Below are positions 1 to 12,112 of a stretch of 64,000 bases of DNA, piece by piece. Numbering within the stretch: position 1 is the stretch's first letter; every line of letters begins with the position of its first letter. The notes under the pieces are model-generated. The model had not been told where the DNA came from and did no database searches. It worked only from the letters and a program-made list of their open reading frames with translations. Source of the stretch: an uncultured Candidatus Binatia bacterium (GTDB taxonomy: Bacteria > Desulfobacterota > Binatia > UBA9968 > JAJDTQ01); assembly GCA_965242525.1 (NCBI GenBank), contig OZ251459.1:1-64000 (forward strand), given 5' to 3'. The position numbers were made by a program, and so were the translations under genes.

Positions 1-248
1 TGGGGAATCAGGACGTACCAGTCGCCGTTGGCGAAGTCTCCGACGATGAAGGCCTTGAGCCATTTTTCGTCTATGTTGACGGCGTAGCGGGGCATCCAGC
101 CGTGGAATTTCCTGTCGCCCAGAGCAAAGGCGATAGTGGCTTCGTCGTGGAACCAAGTGCTGGATTTGGCCTTGTCCAGCTTGATCTTGACCGGGGCGGC
201 TTCGTCCCGATCCGCGGGCCAGTCCCAACCGTTTGCCTGGTGCGCCAT
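1..248 (-). CDS. hypothetical protein, 5' part only (runs off the window edge)
   Basis: ATG at 248 preceded by AGGAGG; frame stays open to the edge (MAHQANGWDWPADRDEAAPVKIKLDK...WYVLIP); missing from the ORF track because it has no stop inside the window. Confidence 0.65.
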   Translation of the reverse strand, partial: MAHQANGWDWPADRDEAAPVKIKLDKAKSSTWFHDEATIAFALGDRKFHGWMPRYAVNIDEKWLKAFIVGDFANGDWYVLIP

Positions 249-318
249 GGAATGCCTCCTGGAAATACCGTACTCCCTTGCCGAGCTATGGTCAAAGCCG
301 ATCTGCGCTCCGGCGTCG

Positions 319-639
319 TCACCGCTTCTGCGCAATCCGCTGCACGTGCTCCTTTACCACTTCGGGCGGGCACAGCTTGACGAACCCCTTGAGTCCCAGG
401 AAGAGCAGCAGCAGGTCGTCGACGTGTCCCAGGGCCGGGATCAGGTCGGGCATGAGGTCGGTGGGCAGGATCAGGTAGGCGAACACGCTCAACGCCAGCA
501 GCTTGGCCTTGACCCCCACCCGCGGGTCCTTGAACAGGCGCCAGAACAACCGCGCGAAATCGGGCAGGTGCTGCACCACCCCCAGCAGCCGCCGGGGACC
601 CAGGCGCAACAGGTAGGCGAGGGAGCCGAGCCGGATCAT
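319..639 (-). CDS. YkvA/DUF1232 family membrane protein
   Basis: DPRVGVKAK...[22 protein letters not shown] motif; ATGA overlap with upstream gene. Confidence 0.85.
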   Translation of the reverse strand: MIRLGSLAYLLRLGPRRLLGVVQHLPDFARLFWRLFKDPRVGVKAKLLALSVFAYLILPTDLMPDLIPALGHVDDLLLLFLGLKGFVKLCPPEVVKEHVQRIAQKR

Positions 640-1268
640 GCGCCCCAGACGGCGAGCAGTTCCCGCGAGTCCACCACGTCCGCGAAACGCTCCATGCGTT
701 GGAGGGCCTCCCGGTGGGCGCTCTCGCGGTTGGTGCCCACGCAGTCGCGCGCCACGACCATGAACAGCCCCCGGTAATAGCCGTCCCGGACGCTGCCTTC
801 GACGCCCGCGTCGGTGCGGCAACCCGCCACCACCACGGTGTCCCGGTTCCAGTTGCCCAGGAGCTGCTCGAACTCCGTTCCGACGAAGATGGTGGGGCGG
901 CGCTTCTCGATCACCGTGTCGTCGTCCGCGGGCTCGAAGGGCTCCATGAGCCGCCAGCCGAAGCTCCCCCGGACACGGCGCGGTCCGAGTTGGTTCGGGT
1001 CGCTGACGCCCTGGTCCCTCATGGCGCGCCGGATCATGGCCGGCGCTTCGTCGCGCCACGCATGGGGAGTGGCCAGGGCGTACACCACCCGGACGCCGGC
1101 GCCCTTGGCCGCGGCGATGAGGGGAGGCGCGGCGCGCAGGAGTTCCGCCTTGTTGAACGAGCTGCCCGCCTGGTCGTTCTGCATGTCCCAGACCAGCAGC
1201 ACGGTCCTCCGGGGGTCCGCGACCTCGGCGAGCGTAGTGGGGATGCTCCTGCCTTGGAACTCGATCAT
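636..1268 (-). CDS. isochorismatase-family cysteine hydrolase
   Basis: [21 protein letters not shown] and [17 protein letters not shown] motifs in the C-terminal part of ORF 636..4097. Confidence 0.85.
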   Translation of the reverse strand: MIEFQGRSIPTTLAEVADPRRTVLLVWDMQNDQAGSSFNKAELLRAAPPLIAAAKGAGVRVVYALATPHAWRDEAPAMIRRAMRDQGVSDPNQLGPRRVRGSFGWRLMEPFEPADDDTVIEKRRPTIFVGTEFEQLLGNWNRDTVVVAGCRTDAGVEGSVRDGYYRGLFMVVARDCVGTNRESAHREALQRMERFADVVDSRELLAVWGA

Positions 1269-1526
1269 GGCCTCGGGCAAAACGGTTTCGAACGCGGTCC
1301 GACGGGGACCGCGGCAGAGGATAACCGCGGGCCGGTTCCGTGTCAACGGTTTCGGGACGAAGGCCGCCCCTCGTCCCCGGCGGGTTCCCCGCGGCGCGCG
1401 TTGCACCGCCGCCGGAAGGCGGCGGGGTCCCTCCGCGGGCCGTTTTTGACAACCACCGGGGTTCGCGCTACTTGTAGCCCTCTGTTGGTTTCCTTGTCTC
1501 TGTTCGGGCTTTCGAGGAGAACGCGG

Positions 1527-3137
1527 ATGGAACCTCGCAGCGGCGTGCAGGCTTCGGTGCGTATCAGCGAAGACGAAGGCGCTCGGAGGGCGGACAGCTC
1601 GTTCCGCGCCAACGGCCCCCTGACCATGGTGATCTTCGGGGCCTCGGGCGACCTGAGCAAGCGCAAGCTGATCCCCGCGTTGTACCAGCTCGAGCGGGAA
1701 GGCTGCCTGCCGGAGCGTTACGCGGTGGTGGGCTTCTCGCGCACGGAGATGACCGACGAGGCGTACCGCGAGCGGATGGTCGGCGAGATGCGCCTGGACT
1801 TGCCGGAGGTGGACGCCGGGAGCCCCCTGTTCGAGGCGCTCCACTACCAGCCAGGCGACAACACCGACGCCGAGTCCTTCCGCAAGCTCAAGGCGAGGCT
1901 GGACGAGCTGGACGCCGAGCGGGAGCTTCCCGGCAACCGGCTGTTCTACCTCTCGGTGGCCCCCGAGTTCTTTTCGCCCATCATACGGAACCTCGACGCC
2001 GCGGGACTGATCCGGCGCCCGGACGAGGAGAAGTGGTCGCACGTCATCATCGAGAAGCCTTTCGGGCACGACCTCGAGAGCGCCCGGGAGATGAACCACG
2101 AGGTCACCGGCATACTCGACGAGAGCCAGATCTACCGTATCGACCACTACCTGGGGAAGGAGACGGTCCAGAACATCCTGAGCTTCCGTTTCGGCAACGC
2201 CATCTTCGAGCCGCTGTTCAACCAGAAGTACGTGGAGAACGTCCAGATCACCGTGGCCGAGACCCTGGGCATGGAGGGGCGCAGAGGGGCGTTCTACGAC
2301 AAGGCCGGCGCCCTGCGGGACATCGTACAGAACCACATGCTGCAACTGTTGTGCCTCATCGCCATGGAACCGCCCGCGGCGGTGGAGCCCGTGTCCATCC
2401 GCGACGAGAAGGTCAAGCTGCTGCGGGCGCTGGTGCCCTACGGCTCGCCGGAGGAGGTGGCCGCGGCAACGGTGCGCGGGCAGTACGGGTTCGGCGAGCT
2501 CCGGGGGGAGGTGGTCAAGGGCTTCCGCCAGGAAGAGGGCGTGGACGAGATGTCCAACACCGAGAGCTACGTGGCGCTGCGGGCCAAGATCGACAACTGG
2601 CGCTGGGCCGGCATCCCCTTCCTGCTGCGCACGGGCAAGCGCCTGCGCAACCGGGTGTCCGAGATCGCGGTGCAGTTCCGCCACCCCCCGCTGCGCCTGT
2701 TCCGCAACCCGTCCAAGTCGGACCGGCTGGCCATGGCCGCGGCCAGCGCCAACGTGCTGATCCTCGGCATCCAGCCCCGGGAGGGCATCAGCCTCTCCTT
2801 CGCCTGCAAGCGCCCGGGGATGCAGATCGACCTGGCGGAAGTGCGCATGGACTTCGTTTACGAAGCCTTCGAGCAGCGTTCGCCGGAAGCCTACGAGCGG
2901 CTGCTGCTGGACGCCATGCGCGGCGACGCATCGTTGTTCACGCGCTCGGACGAGGTGGACTACGCGTGGCGCTTCACCGACTCGATCCTCGCCGGCTGGG
3001 ACAAGCTGCCGGCTCCCCGTTTCCCCAACTACTATCCGTTCACCGACGGTCCCGACGAGGCGGACCGCCTGCTCGACGACGGCGGCGCCGGCTGGCGCCC
3101 GCTCAGCAAGATGGGGGTGGCGGAGGTCGGCCGGTAG
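1527..3137 (+). CDS. zwf: glucose-6-phosphate 1-dehydrogenase
   Basis: [31 protein letters not shown]; GAGGAG RBS before ATG 1527. Confidence 0.95.
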   Translation: MEPRSGVQASVRISEDEGARRADSSFRANGPLTMVIFGASGDLSKRKLIPALYQLEREGCLPERYAVVGFSRTEMTDEAYRERMVGEMRLDLPEVDAGSPLFEALHYQPGDNTDAESFRKLKARLDELDAERELPGNRLFYLSVAPEFFSPIIRNLDAAGLIRRPDEEKWSHVIIEKPFGHDLESAREMNHEVTGILDESQIYRIDHYLGKETVQNILSFRFGNAIFEPLFNQKYVENVQITVAETLGMEGRRGAFYDKAGALRDIVQNHMLQLLCLIAMEPPAAVEPVSIRDEKVKLLRALVPYGSPEEVAAATVRGQYGFGELRGEVVKGFRQEEGVDEMSNTESYVALRAKIDNWRWAGIPFLLRTGKRLRNRVSEIAVQFRHPPLRLFRNPSKSDRLAMAAASANVLILGIQPREGISLSFACKRPGMQIDLAEVRMDFVYEAFEQRSPEAYERLLLDAMRGDASLFTRSDEVDYAWRFTDSILAGWDKLPAPRFPNYYPFTDGPDEADRLLDDGGAGWRPLSKMGVAEVGR

Positions 3138-3167
3138 GATGGCTTGGCGATGGGCGCGCGAGGGGTG

Positions 3168-4043
3168 ATGGAGTTGCTGCCGCGGTTTCGTGAGGGGACC
3201 TTCGAGGTGGAGGGTTCCCGGGTCCACTACCTGGAGAGCGGGGACCCGGCCCGGGAGACCTTCGTCTTCGTCCACGGCAACCGGGACCACTGCCACAGTT
3301 GGGACTTCCTGCTGGAGTCCTTCCGCAAGGCCGGGTTCGAGCTGCCCCATGTGGTGGCCCTGGACCTGCGGGGCCACGGCGACAGCGGCTGGGTCGGTCA
3401 AGAACGCGGTTACCGGCACGAGGACTTCGTGCTGGACCTGGTGGGCCTGCTGCGCCACCTGGGGAAGGACTCGGTCACGCTGGTGGCCCACTCCCTCGGG
3501 GGCAGCATGGCGGTGGTGTTCGCCGGGGCCTTGCCGGAGAGGGTCAGGCGGCTGGTGCTCATCGAGGCGGTGGGTCCCTACGGCCGCGCGGAAGAGGAAG
3601 CCCCGGAGCTCTTCGGCCGCTGGACCCGGGACGACGGCTCGGACACCATCCTCACCTACTACGCCACCGTGGGACAGGCCGCGGACGCCATCTGCAGGCG
3701 TTTCCCGCTGGTCCCCAACCGGGCCGCCATGCACATGGCGCGCCACGGCACCCGGCCCACGCCCTACGGCCTGGTCTGGAAATACGACCCGCGCTCCCGC
3801 AACCCCTCGTACTCGTCGTTTTCCGAGACCCAGGTCCGGGCGTTCATCCACCGCATCGACTGTCCGACGCTGCTCGTCTTCGGGGCGGAGTCGGGCTACA
3901 GGGAATCGCCCCGCTACCGCCGGGTGGAACACTTCCGGAACCGGACGCTGGTGGAGATTCCCGGGACCGGGCACCACGTGCAGCAGGAAAGCCCCGACGA
4001 GCTGGCCGCGGCGATGATTCCGTTCCTGGGCGACCACGACTGA
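3168..4043 (+). CDS. alpha/beta fold hydrolase
   Basis: FVHG, DLRGHGDS, AHSLGG nucleophile elbow, GHHV; start could be 3150. Confidence 0.9.
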   Translation: MELLPRFREGTFEVEGSRVHYLESGDPARETFVFVHGNRDHCHSWDFLLESFRKAGFELPHVVALDLRGHGDSGWVGQERGYRHEDFVLDLVGLLRHLGKDSVTLVAHSLGGSMAVVFAGALPERVRRLVLIEAVGPYGRAEEEAPELFGRWTRDDGSDTILTYYATVGQAADAICRRFPLVPNRAAMHMARHGTRPTPYGLVWKYDPRSRNPSYSSFSETQVRAFIHRIDCPTLLVFGAESGYRESPRYRRVEHFRNRTLVEIPGTGHHVQQESPDELAAAMIPFLGDHD

Positions 4044-4084
4044 GTCCGGCGGACCGAACCGCCGAGTAGAGGAGGATACCAAAC

Positions 4085-5239
4085 ATGGATTTCGCATTGC
4101 CCGAGGAGTTGCAGTTGCTCCAGGACACGGTCCGGAAGTTCGTGGACCAGGAGCTCATCCCGGTGGAGATGGAGTGCCGGGACGGAGTGACCCTCAAGCC
4201 CGAGTACCGGGAACGGTTCGAGGCCAAGACCCGGGAGATGGGACTGTGGATGCTCGACGTGCCCGAGGAGTTCGGCGGCGCCGGCCTGAGCCTCATGGGA
4301 CAGGTGGTGGTCTGGGCCGAGGTGGCCCGCTCGGTGGCGGTGCCGTCCCGGGGCCGCAGCATATTCGGCCCGGAAGTGCGGCCCGTGCTCTACGCCATGA
4401 ACGACGGGCAGAAGGATCGCTACCTCTATCCCCTGCTCAAGGGCGAGAAGCGCGCCTGCTTCGCCCAGACCGAGCCCGACGCCGGTTCGGACCCGGGCTC
4501 CATGCGCACCCGGGCCGTGCGCGACGGCGACGAATACGTGATCAACGGGGTCAAGCGCTTCATCACCGAGGCGGACGAAGCCGACTTCGCCCAGGTGATG
4601 GTGGCCACCGACCCCGGCAAGGGCTCCCACGGGGGCATCTCGTGCATACTGGTGGACATGGACAACCCGGGGGTGAAGGTCACCGCCAGGTACAAGACCA
4701 TGATGGGCTACGAGCCCTGCGAGATCGTCTTCGACGACTGCCGGGTGCCCGCGGCGAACATGATCGGCGCGGAAGGCGAGGGTTTCAAGCTCGGACAGAA
4801 ATGGCTCGGCATCGGCCGGCTCAAGCACGGCGGGCGCGCCATCGGCGTGGCCCGGCGGGCCATCGAGATGGGCGCCCGGTACGCCAAGCAGAGGGTCACC
4901 TTCGGCAAGCCGCTGGCGGACAGGCAGGCCATCCAGTTCAAGCTGGCGGACTCCTACACCGAGCTCCACGCGGCGACCCTGATGGTCTATCACGCGGCCT
5001 GGAAATACGACCGGGGCGAGGACATGCGCAACGAGGGCTACATGGTCAAGGTCTTCGCCGACGAGATGTCCTTCCGGGTGGTGGACCGGGTGCTCCAGAT
5101 CCACGGGGGCGTGGGCCTCACCACGGACCTGCCCATCGAGTTGTGGTTCCGCGATCAGCGGAGCCGGCTCATCACCGAGGGCGCGTCGGAAGTCATGCGC
5201 ATGGTCATCGCGCGGCACGTGCTGCGGCAGTACGGCTGA
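4085..5239 (+). CDS. acyl-CoA dehydrogenase family protein
   Basis: FAQTEPDAGSD, INGVKRFIT, RVTFGKPLADRQAIQ, QIHGGVG, EGASEV. Confidence 0.95.
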   Translation: MDFALPEELQLLQDTVRKFVDQELIPVEMECRDGVTLKPEYRERFEAKTREMGLWMLDVPEEFGGAGLSLMGQVVVWAEVARSVAVPSRGRSIFGPEVRPVLYAMNDGQKDRYLYPLLKGEKRACFAQTEPDAGSDPGSMRTRAVRDGDEYVINGVKRFITEADEADFAQVMVATDPGKGSHGGISCILVDMDNPGVKVTARYKTMMGYEPCEIVFDDCRVPAANMIGAEGEGFKLGQKWLGIGRLKHGGRAIGVARRAIEMGARYAKQRVTFGKPLADRQAIQFKLADSYTELHAATLMVYHAAWKYDRGEDMRNEGYMVKVFADEMSFRVVDRVLQIHGGVGLTTDLPIELWFRDQRSRLITEGASEVMRMVIARHVLRQYG

Positions 5240-5313
5240 GGGGAGGAGGCGCCCCGCGCCGGGTTTGGAGGAGCGCCGGTTTCGTGCTATGAAACGGTGG
5301 TTCGAGGTCAACC

Positions 5314-5517
5314 ATGAAAGCCGAGATCCATCCTGAATACAAACTCGTGAACGTGGTCTGCGCCTGCGGCCATTCCTTCGAGGTGCGCTCCACCGCCAAG
5401 GCGATCCATACCGAGATCTGCGCCAACTGCCATCCGTTCTACACCGGCAAGCAGAAGCTCCTGGATACCGCGGGCCGAGTCGAGAAGTTCAAGAGGAGAT
5501 ACGGCATCAAGGACTGA
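5314..5517 (+). CDS. rpmE: 50S ribosomal protein L31 (zinc-binding type)
   Basis: [25 protein letters not shown]. Confidence 0.97.
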   Translation: MKAEIHPEYKLVNVVCACGHSFEVRSTAKAIHTEICANCHPFYTGKQKLLDTAGRVEKFKRRYGIKD

Positions 5518-5608
5518 GGGGACCGATCCTGACAGGCTCTCATCGGCAAAGGGGCAAAGGGTGGCGCGAATTCCCTTTGCCCCTTTGCTTTGGGGCGGGA
5601 CCGTGGGA

Positions 5609-6673
5609 ATGCTCGAAAAGATGGCCGAGGTGGAGGGCCGCTACGAGGAGTTGGAGGGGCTCCTGGCGGACCCCGCGCTGCCGGAGGACCGCAAGGAGTA
5701 CTCCAGGGTCGCCAAGGAGCACGCGGACTTGGCGGAAGTGGTGACGTGCTACCGCGAGTGGCGGAAGCTCGCGCAGGAGGTCGAGGACGACCGCGAGTTG
5801 CTCCAGGAAGGAGACCCGGAGCTCCGGGACCTCGCCGCGGAGGAACTGGACGCCCTGAAGGAGAGGCAGGACGCCCTGGAGCAGCGGCTCAGGGTACTGC
5901 TCCTGCCCAGGGACCCCAACGACGGCAGGAACGTGCTGCTGGAGATCCGCGCCGGCACGGGCGGGGAGGAGGCGTCGCTGTTCGGCGCGGACCTGTTCCG
6001 CATGTACAGCCGCTACGCCGAGACCCGGGGCTGGAAGGTGGAGATCCTGAACTCGAACCCCACCGGGTTGGGCGGGTTCAAGGAGGTCATCGCCCTGGTC
6101 GAGGGGCAGGGGGCTTACAGCCAGCTCAAGTTCGAGGGGGGAGTCCACCGGGTGCAACGGGTCCCGGTCACCGAGACCTCGGGCCGGATCCACACTTCCG
6201 CGGTGACCGTGGCGGTGCTGCCGGAAGCCGACGAGGTGGACGTGGAGATCGACCCCCGGGAGTTGCGCATCGACGTGTTCCGCTCCTCGGGTCCCGGCGG
6301 CCAGAGCGTGAACACCACGGACTCCGCGGTGCGCATGACCCACGTGCCTACGGGCATCGTGGTCTCGTGCCAGGACGAGAAGTCCCAGCACAAGAACAAG
6401 GCCAAGGCGCTCAAGATCCTGCGCGCCCGGCTGCTGGAGAAGACCCAGGAGGCGCAACGCTCGGAGATCGCCGCTTCCCGGAAGCTCATGGTGGGCAGTG
6501 GCGACCGCAGCGAGCGCATCCGCACCTACAACTTCCCCCAGGGACGGGTGACGGACCACCGCATCAACCTGACGCTGTACAAGCTGGACCAGGTCATGGA
6601 CGGCGGCGTCAAGGACCTGATCGACGGCCTGATCACCTCCCACCAGGCGGAAGCGCTCCAGGCCACGGCCTGA
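5609..6673 (+). CDS. prfA: peptide chain release factor 1
   Basis: [14 protein letters not shown] anticodon-mimic motif, GGQ motif, [11 protein letters not shown]. Confidence 0.97.
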   Translation: MLEKMAEVEGRYEELEGLLADPALPEDRKEYSRVAKEHADLAEVVTCYREWRKLAQEVEDDRELLQEGDPELRDLAAEELDALKERQDALEQRLRVLLLPRDPNDGRNVLLEIRAGTGGEEASLFGADLFRMYSRYAETRGWKVEILNSNPTGLGGFKEVIALVEGQGAYSQLKFEGGVHRVQRVPVTETSGRIHTSAVTVAVLPEADEVDVEIDPRELRIDVFRSSGPGGQSVNTTDSAVRMTHVPTGIVVSCQDEKSQHKNKAKALKILRARLLEKTQEAQRSEIAASRKLMVGSGDRSERIRTYNFPQGRVTDHRINLTLYKLDQVMDGGVKDLIDGLITSHQAEALQATA

Positions 6674-6684
6674 CGGGCCGCACC

Positions 6685-7761
6685 ATGACGCGCCACGCAG
6701 TCGGACCGTCGTTCCCGGCGCAGCCGGAACCCGGAGAGGGAGAGGCGGCGCAAGCCGCGGCGCGTGGCCCCGGCGGACTGGCCGCGGCGGGGCCGTCGCC
6801 CGCCGGCCGGACTCCCCGTGCGGCGTCCCGCCCCCCCGGCCCGCGGGCGGCGGGGGCCGCGTCCCTGTCCCCGGCAGGGTCCGGGTCATCCCGCCCCCCC
6901 GGTCCACGGGTCGCGGACGTCCTGCGGCGCGCCGCGGCCGGATTCTCCGAGGCGGGCATCGACACCGCCCGGCTCGACGCCGAAGTGCTGCTGATGGAGG
7001 CCTTGGGCTGGTCCAGGGAAGACCTGTACCGGAACCCCGAGGCGGAGTTGCAGGAGTTCCAGGCGGCCCGGTTCCGCGGACTGGCTGCCCGCCGCAGGCG
7101 CGGGGAGCCCGCGGCCTACATCACGGGGGCGCGGGAGTTCTGGTCGCTGGACTTCCGGGTGACGCAGGACGTGCTCATCCCCCGGCCGGAGACCGAGCAT
7201 CTGGTGCAGACGGTCCTGGACCTCCTGGCCGAGCGCCCCGGCCCGCGCCGGGTCCTGGACCTGGGGACCGGCAGCGGCGCGGTGGCGGTGGCTCTGGCCG
7301 CGGAGCGTGCGGACCTGGAAGTGTGGGCCACCGACGTGTCCGCCGCGGCGTTGCGCGTGGCCCGGGCCAACGCGCAACGACACGGCGTGGCCGGGAGGGT
7401 CCACCTGGGCGAGGGCGACCTGTTCGCCCCGGTGCGCGGCCGGGAGGAGTTCTTCGACGTGCTGGCGTCGAACCCCCCCTACGTTCCCCGCGGCCGGATG
7501 GCCCGCCTGCAGCGCGAGGTGCGGGACTGGGAGCCCGCGGCGGCGTTGGACGGCGGGGCGGACGGCATGGACTGCTACCGGAGGATCGCCCGGGAGGGCG
7601 CCCGCTACCTTCGCCCGGGCGGATGGGCGGCGGTGGAGGTGGGAGCGGAACTGGCCCCCGGGGTCCGGGGCCTGTTCCGGGACGGCGCCGGCTTCGGGGA
7701 GTTGCGGACCGTCCGGGACTACGCCGGGCGCGAGCGGGTGGTGGCCGCGGAGCGCGCGTAA
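6685..7761 (+). CDS. prmC: release factor glutamine methyltransferase
   Basis: [22 protein letters not shown]; follows prfA; start uncertain (long low-complexity N-terminus). Confidence 0.9.
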   Translation: MTRHAVGPSFPAQPEPGEGEAAQAAARGPGGLAAAGPSPAGRTPRAASRPPGPRAAGAASLSPAGSGSSRPPGPRVADVLRRAAAGFSEAGIDTARLDAEVLLMEALGWSREDLYRNPEAELQEFQAARFRGLAARRRRGEPAAYITGAREFWSLDFRVTQDVLIPRPETEHLVQTVLDLLAERPGPRRVLDLGTGSGAVAVALAAERADLEVWATDVSAAALRVARANAQRHGVAGRVHLGEGDLFAPVRGREEFFDVLASNPPYVPRGRMARLQREVRDWEPAAALDGGADGMDCYRRIAREGARYLRPGGWAAVEVGAELAPGVRGLFRDGAGFGELRTVRDYAGRERVVAAERA

Positions 7762-7834
7762 GGGGGGCCAGGGTCGGGGGGCCAAGGTAACGGAGGCCAA
7801 GGTCGAGGGGGTTCAGTCGAAGGGGTCAGGGTCG

Positions 7835-9103
7835 TTGGACAGCATCATCATCGAGGGAGGGGCGGCGCTGGAGGGCGCAGTGGCCCCGAGCGGGTCCAAG
7901 AACGCGGCCCTGCCCATCCTCATCTCGTCGCTCCTGACCGCGGACGAGTGCTCCTATGCGAGGGTGCCCACCCTCCGGGACGTGGACACCACCCTGCGGT
8001 TGCTGTCGCGCCTGGGGGTGACCATCGAGAAGCAGTTGATGGCCGACGGGCGCCTGGACCTCACCGCGGACAAGGTCTGCCGGACCGAGGCGCCGTATGA
8101 CCTGGTGAAGACCATGCGCGCCTCGTTCCTGGTGCTGGGACCGCTGCTCGCTCGCTTCGGCCACGCCCGGGTATCGACCCCCGGAGGCTGCGCCATCGGT
8201 TCCCGGCCGGTGGACCTGCACGTGCGGGGACTGGAGCGCATGGGCGCCCGCATCCGCCAGGAGCACGGCTACGTGGACGCCCGGGCCGGGGAGCTCCGGG
8301 GGGCGGCCATCCGCCTCGACTTCCCTTCCGTGGGCGCCACCGAGAACCTGATGATGGCCGCGGCCCTGGCCCGGGGGACCACGGTGATCCACAACGCGGC
8401 CCGGGAGCCGGAGGTCACGGAGTTGGCCGGCGTGCTGGCGAAGATGGGCGCCCGGATAGCAGGGGCGGGCGCCGAGGCCATACGCATCGAAGGCGTGCGC
8501 GAGTTGCACGGCATGTCCCACGAGATGGGCCCGGACCGTATCGAGACCGGCACGTTCATGGTGGGGGCGGTGCTGACCCGCGGCGACGTGCTGGTGGAGG
8601 ACGCCCGGGCCGGCGACCTCGACGCCTTCGTCCACAAGCTGCGGGAGACCGGCGCGCGGGTGTCCGCGGAGTCCGGGGGGGTGCGGGTGACGGGGAACGG
8701 ACGGGCCCGGGGCGCGGACGTGGCCACCGGGCCGTACCCGGGCTTTCCCACCGACCTGCAGGCGCAGATGATGGTGTTGATGGCGGTCTCGGACGGGGCC
8801 AGCATGGTCACCGAGAACGTCTTCGAGAACCGCTTCATGCACGTGCAGGAGTTGAACCGCATGGGCGCGCGCATCGCCCTGGACGGCAACCGGGCCGCGG
8901 TCCGGGGGGTGGCGGAGTTGTCCGGGGCGCCGGTGATGGCCACGGACCTGCGGGCGAGCGCGTCGCTGGTGCTGGCGGGCCTGGTGGCCCGGGGCGCCAC
9001 CGAGGTGGCCCGCGTCTATCACCTGGACCGGGGTTACGAGAACATCGAGGGGAAGCTCGCCGGTCTCGGCGCGGCCATACGAAGGGTGGACCGTGACGGT
9101 TGA
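7835..9103 (+). CDS. murA: UDP-N-acetylglucosamine 1-carboxyvinyltransferase
   Basis: [31 protein letters not shown]; TTG start inferred. Confidence 0.95.
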   Translation: MDSIIIEGGAALEGAVAPSGSKNAALPILISSLLTADECSYARVPTLRDVDTTLRLLSRLGVTIEKQLMADGRLDLTADKVCRTEAPYDLVKTMRASFLVLGPLLARFGHARVSTPGGCAIGSRPVDLHVRGLERMGARIRQEHGYVDARAGELRGAAIRLDFPSVGATENLMMAAALARGTTVIHNAAREPEVTELAGVLAKMGARIAGAGAEAIRIEGVRELHGMSHEMGPDRIETGTFMVGAVLTRGDVLVEDARAGDLDAFVHKLRETGARVSAESGGVRVTGNGRARGADVATGPYPGFPTDLQAQMMVLMAVSDGASMVTENVFENRFMHVQELNRMGARIALDGNRAAVRGVAELSGAPVMATDLRASASLVLAGLVARGATEVARVYHLDRGYENIEGKLAGLGAAIRRVDRDG

Positions 9104-10424
9104 CGTCGTGAAGACCACGGACCCCGGTTTCCGGAAGACCCTGGACCGGATCCTGAAGCGCCGGGGCGAGACCGAGCGGGGCGTCGAGGCGCAGGTGGCG
9201 GAGATCATCGAGGAGGTGCGGCGCCGCGGCGACCGGGCGTTGGTGCGCTACGCCAAGGAGTTCGACGGAGTGGCGTTGACGCGGTCCCGCATCGAGGTGT
9301 CCGCGGAGGAGATGGACCGGGCCCTGGCCGAGGCGTCCCGGCAGGACCTTCGGTGGCTGCGGCTGGCCGCGGCGCGCATCAAGCGGTTCCACGGCCGTCA
9401 ACGGGAGAAGGGCTGGCGCTTCCGGGACCCCCTGGGGTTGGACCTGGGCCAGCGCGTCCGCCCGGTGGAGCGGGCCGGCGCGTACGTGCCCGGGGGCAAG
9501 GCCGCGTATCCGTCCACCGTGCTGATGACCGTGATCCCCGCGGTGGCCGCAGGTGTGAAGGAGGTGGCGGTGGCCACCCCGGTCCGGCAGGAGGCCGGGC
9601 TGGTGCTGGCCGCGGCCCGCATCGCCGGCGCCCACAGGGTGTTCCGCATCGGCGGCGCCCAGGCGGTGGCCGCCTTGGCCTTCGGCACCGAGACCGTGCC
9701 CCGGGTGGACAAGATCGTGGGTCCCGGCAACGTTTACGTGGCCGCGGCCAAGCGGCTGGTCTTCGGCCACGTGGACATCGACTCCATCGCCGGTCCCAGC
9801 GAGGTGCTGCTGATCGTGGACGGGTCCGCGGACCCGCGTTACGTGGCCGCGGACATGCTTTCCCAGGCCGAGCACGACGAGTTCGCCGCGGCCGTGTGCG
9901 TCACCCCGTCCATGGCCGCGGCAAGGAAGGTCCAAGCGGCCATCGACGAGCAGTTGAAGGCCACCCGGCGGCGGGAGATCACGCTGGCCGCGCTGCGGCG
10001 CTACGGCGCCATCATGGTCACCCGATCCCTGAAGGAAGCGGTGGACATCGCCAACGACATCGCCCCCGAGCACGTACAGGTCATGGTGCGGAAGCCGGAG
10101 GAGTGCGTGGAGGCGGTGCGCAACGCCGGGGCCATATTCGTGGGGCCCTACGCCACGCCGCCCCTCGGCGACTACGTGGCGGGACCCAACCACGTGCTTC
10201 CCACGGGCGGCAGCGCGCGCTTCTTCTCGCCCTTGGGGGTTTATGACTTCGTCAAGCGCACGAGCATCGTCCGCGCCGGCCCCGAGGGGTTCGCCGCCCT
10301 GGCCCCGGCCGTGGTCCACCTGGCCCGCCGGGAGGGCCTGGACGAGCACGCCCGGGCCATGGAGGCGCGCCTGCCCGCGGCCGGTGACCCGCGCGACCCC
10401 CCCACCGGCTCGACCGCGGGCTGA
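9093..10424 (+). CDS. hisD: histidinol dehydrogenase
   Basis: [41 protein letters not shown]. Confidence 0.96.
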   Translation: MTVDVVKTTDPGFRKTLDRILKRRGETERGVEAQVAEIIEEVRRRGDRALVRYAKEFDGVALTRSRIEVSAEEMDRALAEASRQDLRWLRLAAARIKRFHGRQREKGWRFRDPLGLDLGQRVRPVERAGAYVPGGKAAYPSTVLMTVIPAVAAGVKEVAVATPVRQEAGLVLAAARIAGAHRVFRIGGAQAVAALAFGTETVPRVDKIVGPGNVYVAAAKRLVFGHVDIDSIAGPSEVLLIVDGSADPRYVAADMLSQAEHDEFAAAVCVTPSMAAARKVQAAIDEQLKATRRREITLAALRRYGAIMVTRSLKEAVDIANDIAPEHVQVMVRKPEECVEAVRNAGAIFVGPYATPPLGDYVAGPNHVLPTGGSARFFSPLGVYDFVKRTSIVRAGPEGFAALAPAVVHLARREGLDEHARAMEARLPAAGDPRDPPTGSTAG

Positions 10425-10440
10425 CGCCCTCGTCTCGCCG

Positions 10441-10461
10441 ACTCCCCCTCGAGGGGGGAGT
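10441..10461. repeat. short palindrome between hisD and hisB
   Basis: ACTCCCCC-TCGAG-GGGGGAGT inverted repeat; no U-tract. Confidence 0.5.
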
Positions 10462-10550
10462 AATCGGAGGGCGCCGGGGGAGGGTCAGGGTGGGGGATAC
10501 GGCGGGGAGGCGGGGCGCCGCCGTATCCCGCGTTTTGCAGGGAGAGTCCA

Positions 10551-11138
10551 ATGGCAAGAACGGCAACGGTTCATCGCAAGACCAGGGAGACGGACATCAC
10601 CGCGGTCATCGACATCGACGGCAAGGGGGAGGCCCACGTGGACACGGGCATCCCCTTCTTCGACCACATGCTGGAGATCTTCACGCGCCACGGCCTCTTC
10701 GACGTCACCGTGCAGGCCAAGGGCGACATCGAGGTGGACTACCACCATACGGTGGAGGACGTGGGCCTGACCCTGGGGCAGGCGTTCAAGGACGCCCTGG
10801 GCGACAAGCACGGCATCCGCAGGTTCGGCGAGGCCGCGGTGCCCCTGGACGAGGCACTGGCCCGGGTGGTGGTGGACCTGAGCGGCCGGCCCTACCTGGC
10901 GTACCGGGTCAAGGTCCGCGGCGGCCGGGTGGGCGCCTTCGACACCGACCTGCCCCACGAGTTCTACCAGGCGTTCGTCAACCAGTTGGGCATGAACCTG
11001 CACATGGACGTCCAGCACGGGGAGAACCCGCACCACGTCATCGAAGCTTGTTTCAAGGGGTTCGCCCGGGCCATGGACCGGGCCACGGGGTTGGACGAGA
11101 GGATCGAAGGCGTGCTCTCCACCAAGGGGAGCCTCTAG
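10551..11138 (+). CDS. hisB: imidazoleglycerol-phosphate dehydratase
   Basis: RKTRETDI, FFDHML, DYHHTVED, NPHHVIEA, STKGSL. Confidence 0.97.
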   Translation: MARTATVHRKTRETDITAVIDIDGKGEAHVDTGIPFFDHMLEIFTRHGLFDVTVQAKGDIEVDYHHTVEDVGLTLGQAFKDALGDKHGIRRFGEAAVPLDEALARVVVDLSGRPYLAYRVKVRGGRVGAFDTDLPHEFYQAFVNQLGMNLHMDVQHGENPHHVIEACFKGFARAMDRATGLDERIEGVLSTKGSL

Positions 11139-11163
11139 CCCTCGGGGAGCAGGACTTCCTTGC

Positions 11164-11437
11164 GGAAACCCTGCATAATCGTCCCCGTTCGTTCTGAGCA
11201 TGGCAAAGCGAAGTCGAGCACGTGCTCCAGTTCGGCGGGACGGGGATAGTGTTCGTCCTGAGCATGGCAAAGCGAAGTCCCCCCGTTCGTCCTGAGCGTA
11301 GCGAAGCGGAGTCCTCCGTTCATCCTGAGCGTAGCGAAGCGGAGTCCTCCGTTCATCCTGAGCGTAGCGAAGCGAAGTCGAAGGACGCGCTTTCCCATGG
11401 GGAGGGACGCCTCGAGCCGGGGTCGAACGGAGGTTCC
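11164..11437. mobile_element. MITE-like element enclosing about 5 copies of the 33-bp REP-like unit
   Basis: GGAAACCCTG left end, GAGGTTCC right end, TTGC duplicated on both flanks; internal CCGTTC(G/A)TCCTGAGCGTAGCGAAGCG(G/A)AGTC units. Confidence 0.75.
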
Positions 11438-11466
11438 TTGCGGCTCGGGAAGCAGGAGGGTCGCCG

Positions 11467-12093
11467 GTGATCGCCGTCGTCGATTATGGAATGGGCAACC
11501 TGAGGAGCGTGCAGAAGGGACTGGAGCGGGCGGGCTTCCGGGCCGAGGTGACCCGGGACCCTGCGCGCATCGCGGACGCCCGGGGCGTGGTGCTGCCCGG
11601 GGTGGGCGCGTTCCATGCCTGCATGGGGAACCTGCGCCGGTTCGGGCTGGTGGAGGTCATCCGGGACGCGGTGCGCCGGAGACGGCCGTTCCTGGGCATC
11701 TGCCTGGGTCTGCAGCTCCTCTTCGAGGAAAGCGAGGAGTTCGGCAGCCCGGAGGGGTTGGGCCTGCTGCCGGGGACCGTCCGCGGCTTCGTCGCCGGGG
11801 AGGGTCTCAAGGTGCCGCACATGGGCTGGAACGCCGTCGAGGTCCGCAAGCCCACGCGCTTCCTCGAAGGCGTCCAGGACGCCGACCAGGTCTATTTCGT
11901 GCACTCGTTCCACGCGGTGCCCGCGGACGACTCGGTGGTGGCTACGGTGACCTCCCACGGCGCCCCCTTCGTTTCGAGCATCGCCACGGACCACCTGTTC
12001 GCCTGCCAGTTCCACCCCGAGAAGAGCCAGGCCGTGGGTCTCCGCATCCTCGGCAACTTCGGCAGGTTCGCCGAGGCCGGGGCTCCGGCCTGA
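11467..12093 (+). CDS. hisH: imidazole glycerol phosphate synthase, glutaminase subunit
   Basis: DYGMGNLRSV, LPGVGAF, GICLG, QFHPEKS. Confidence 0.96.
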   Translation: MIAVVDYGMGNLRSVQKGLERAGFRAEVTRDPARIADARGVVLPGVGAFHACMGNLRRFGLVEVIRDAVRRRRPFLGICLGLQLLFEESEEFGSPEGLGLLPGTVRGFVAGEGLKVPHMGWNAVEVRKPTRFLEGVQDADQVYFVHSFHAVPADDSVVATVTSHGAPFVSSIATDHLFACQFHPEKSQAVGLRILGNFGRFAEAGAPA

Positions 12094-12112
12094 CGAAAGG
12101 GGGTCCGCGGAC

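Noticed and set aside
636-4097. 1153-aa minus-strand ORF
   Set aside because: Mostly the antisense shadow of zwf and the hydrolase in high-GC DNA; only the last 210 aa (isochorismatase) are credible
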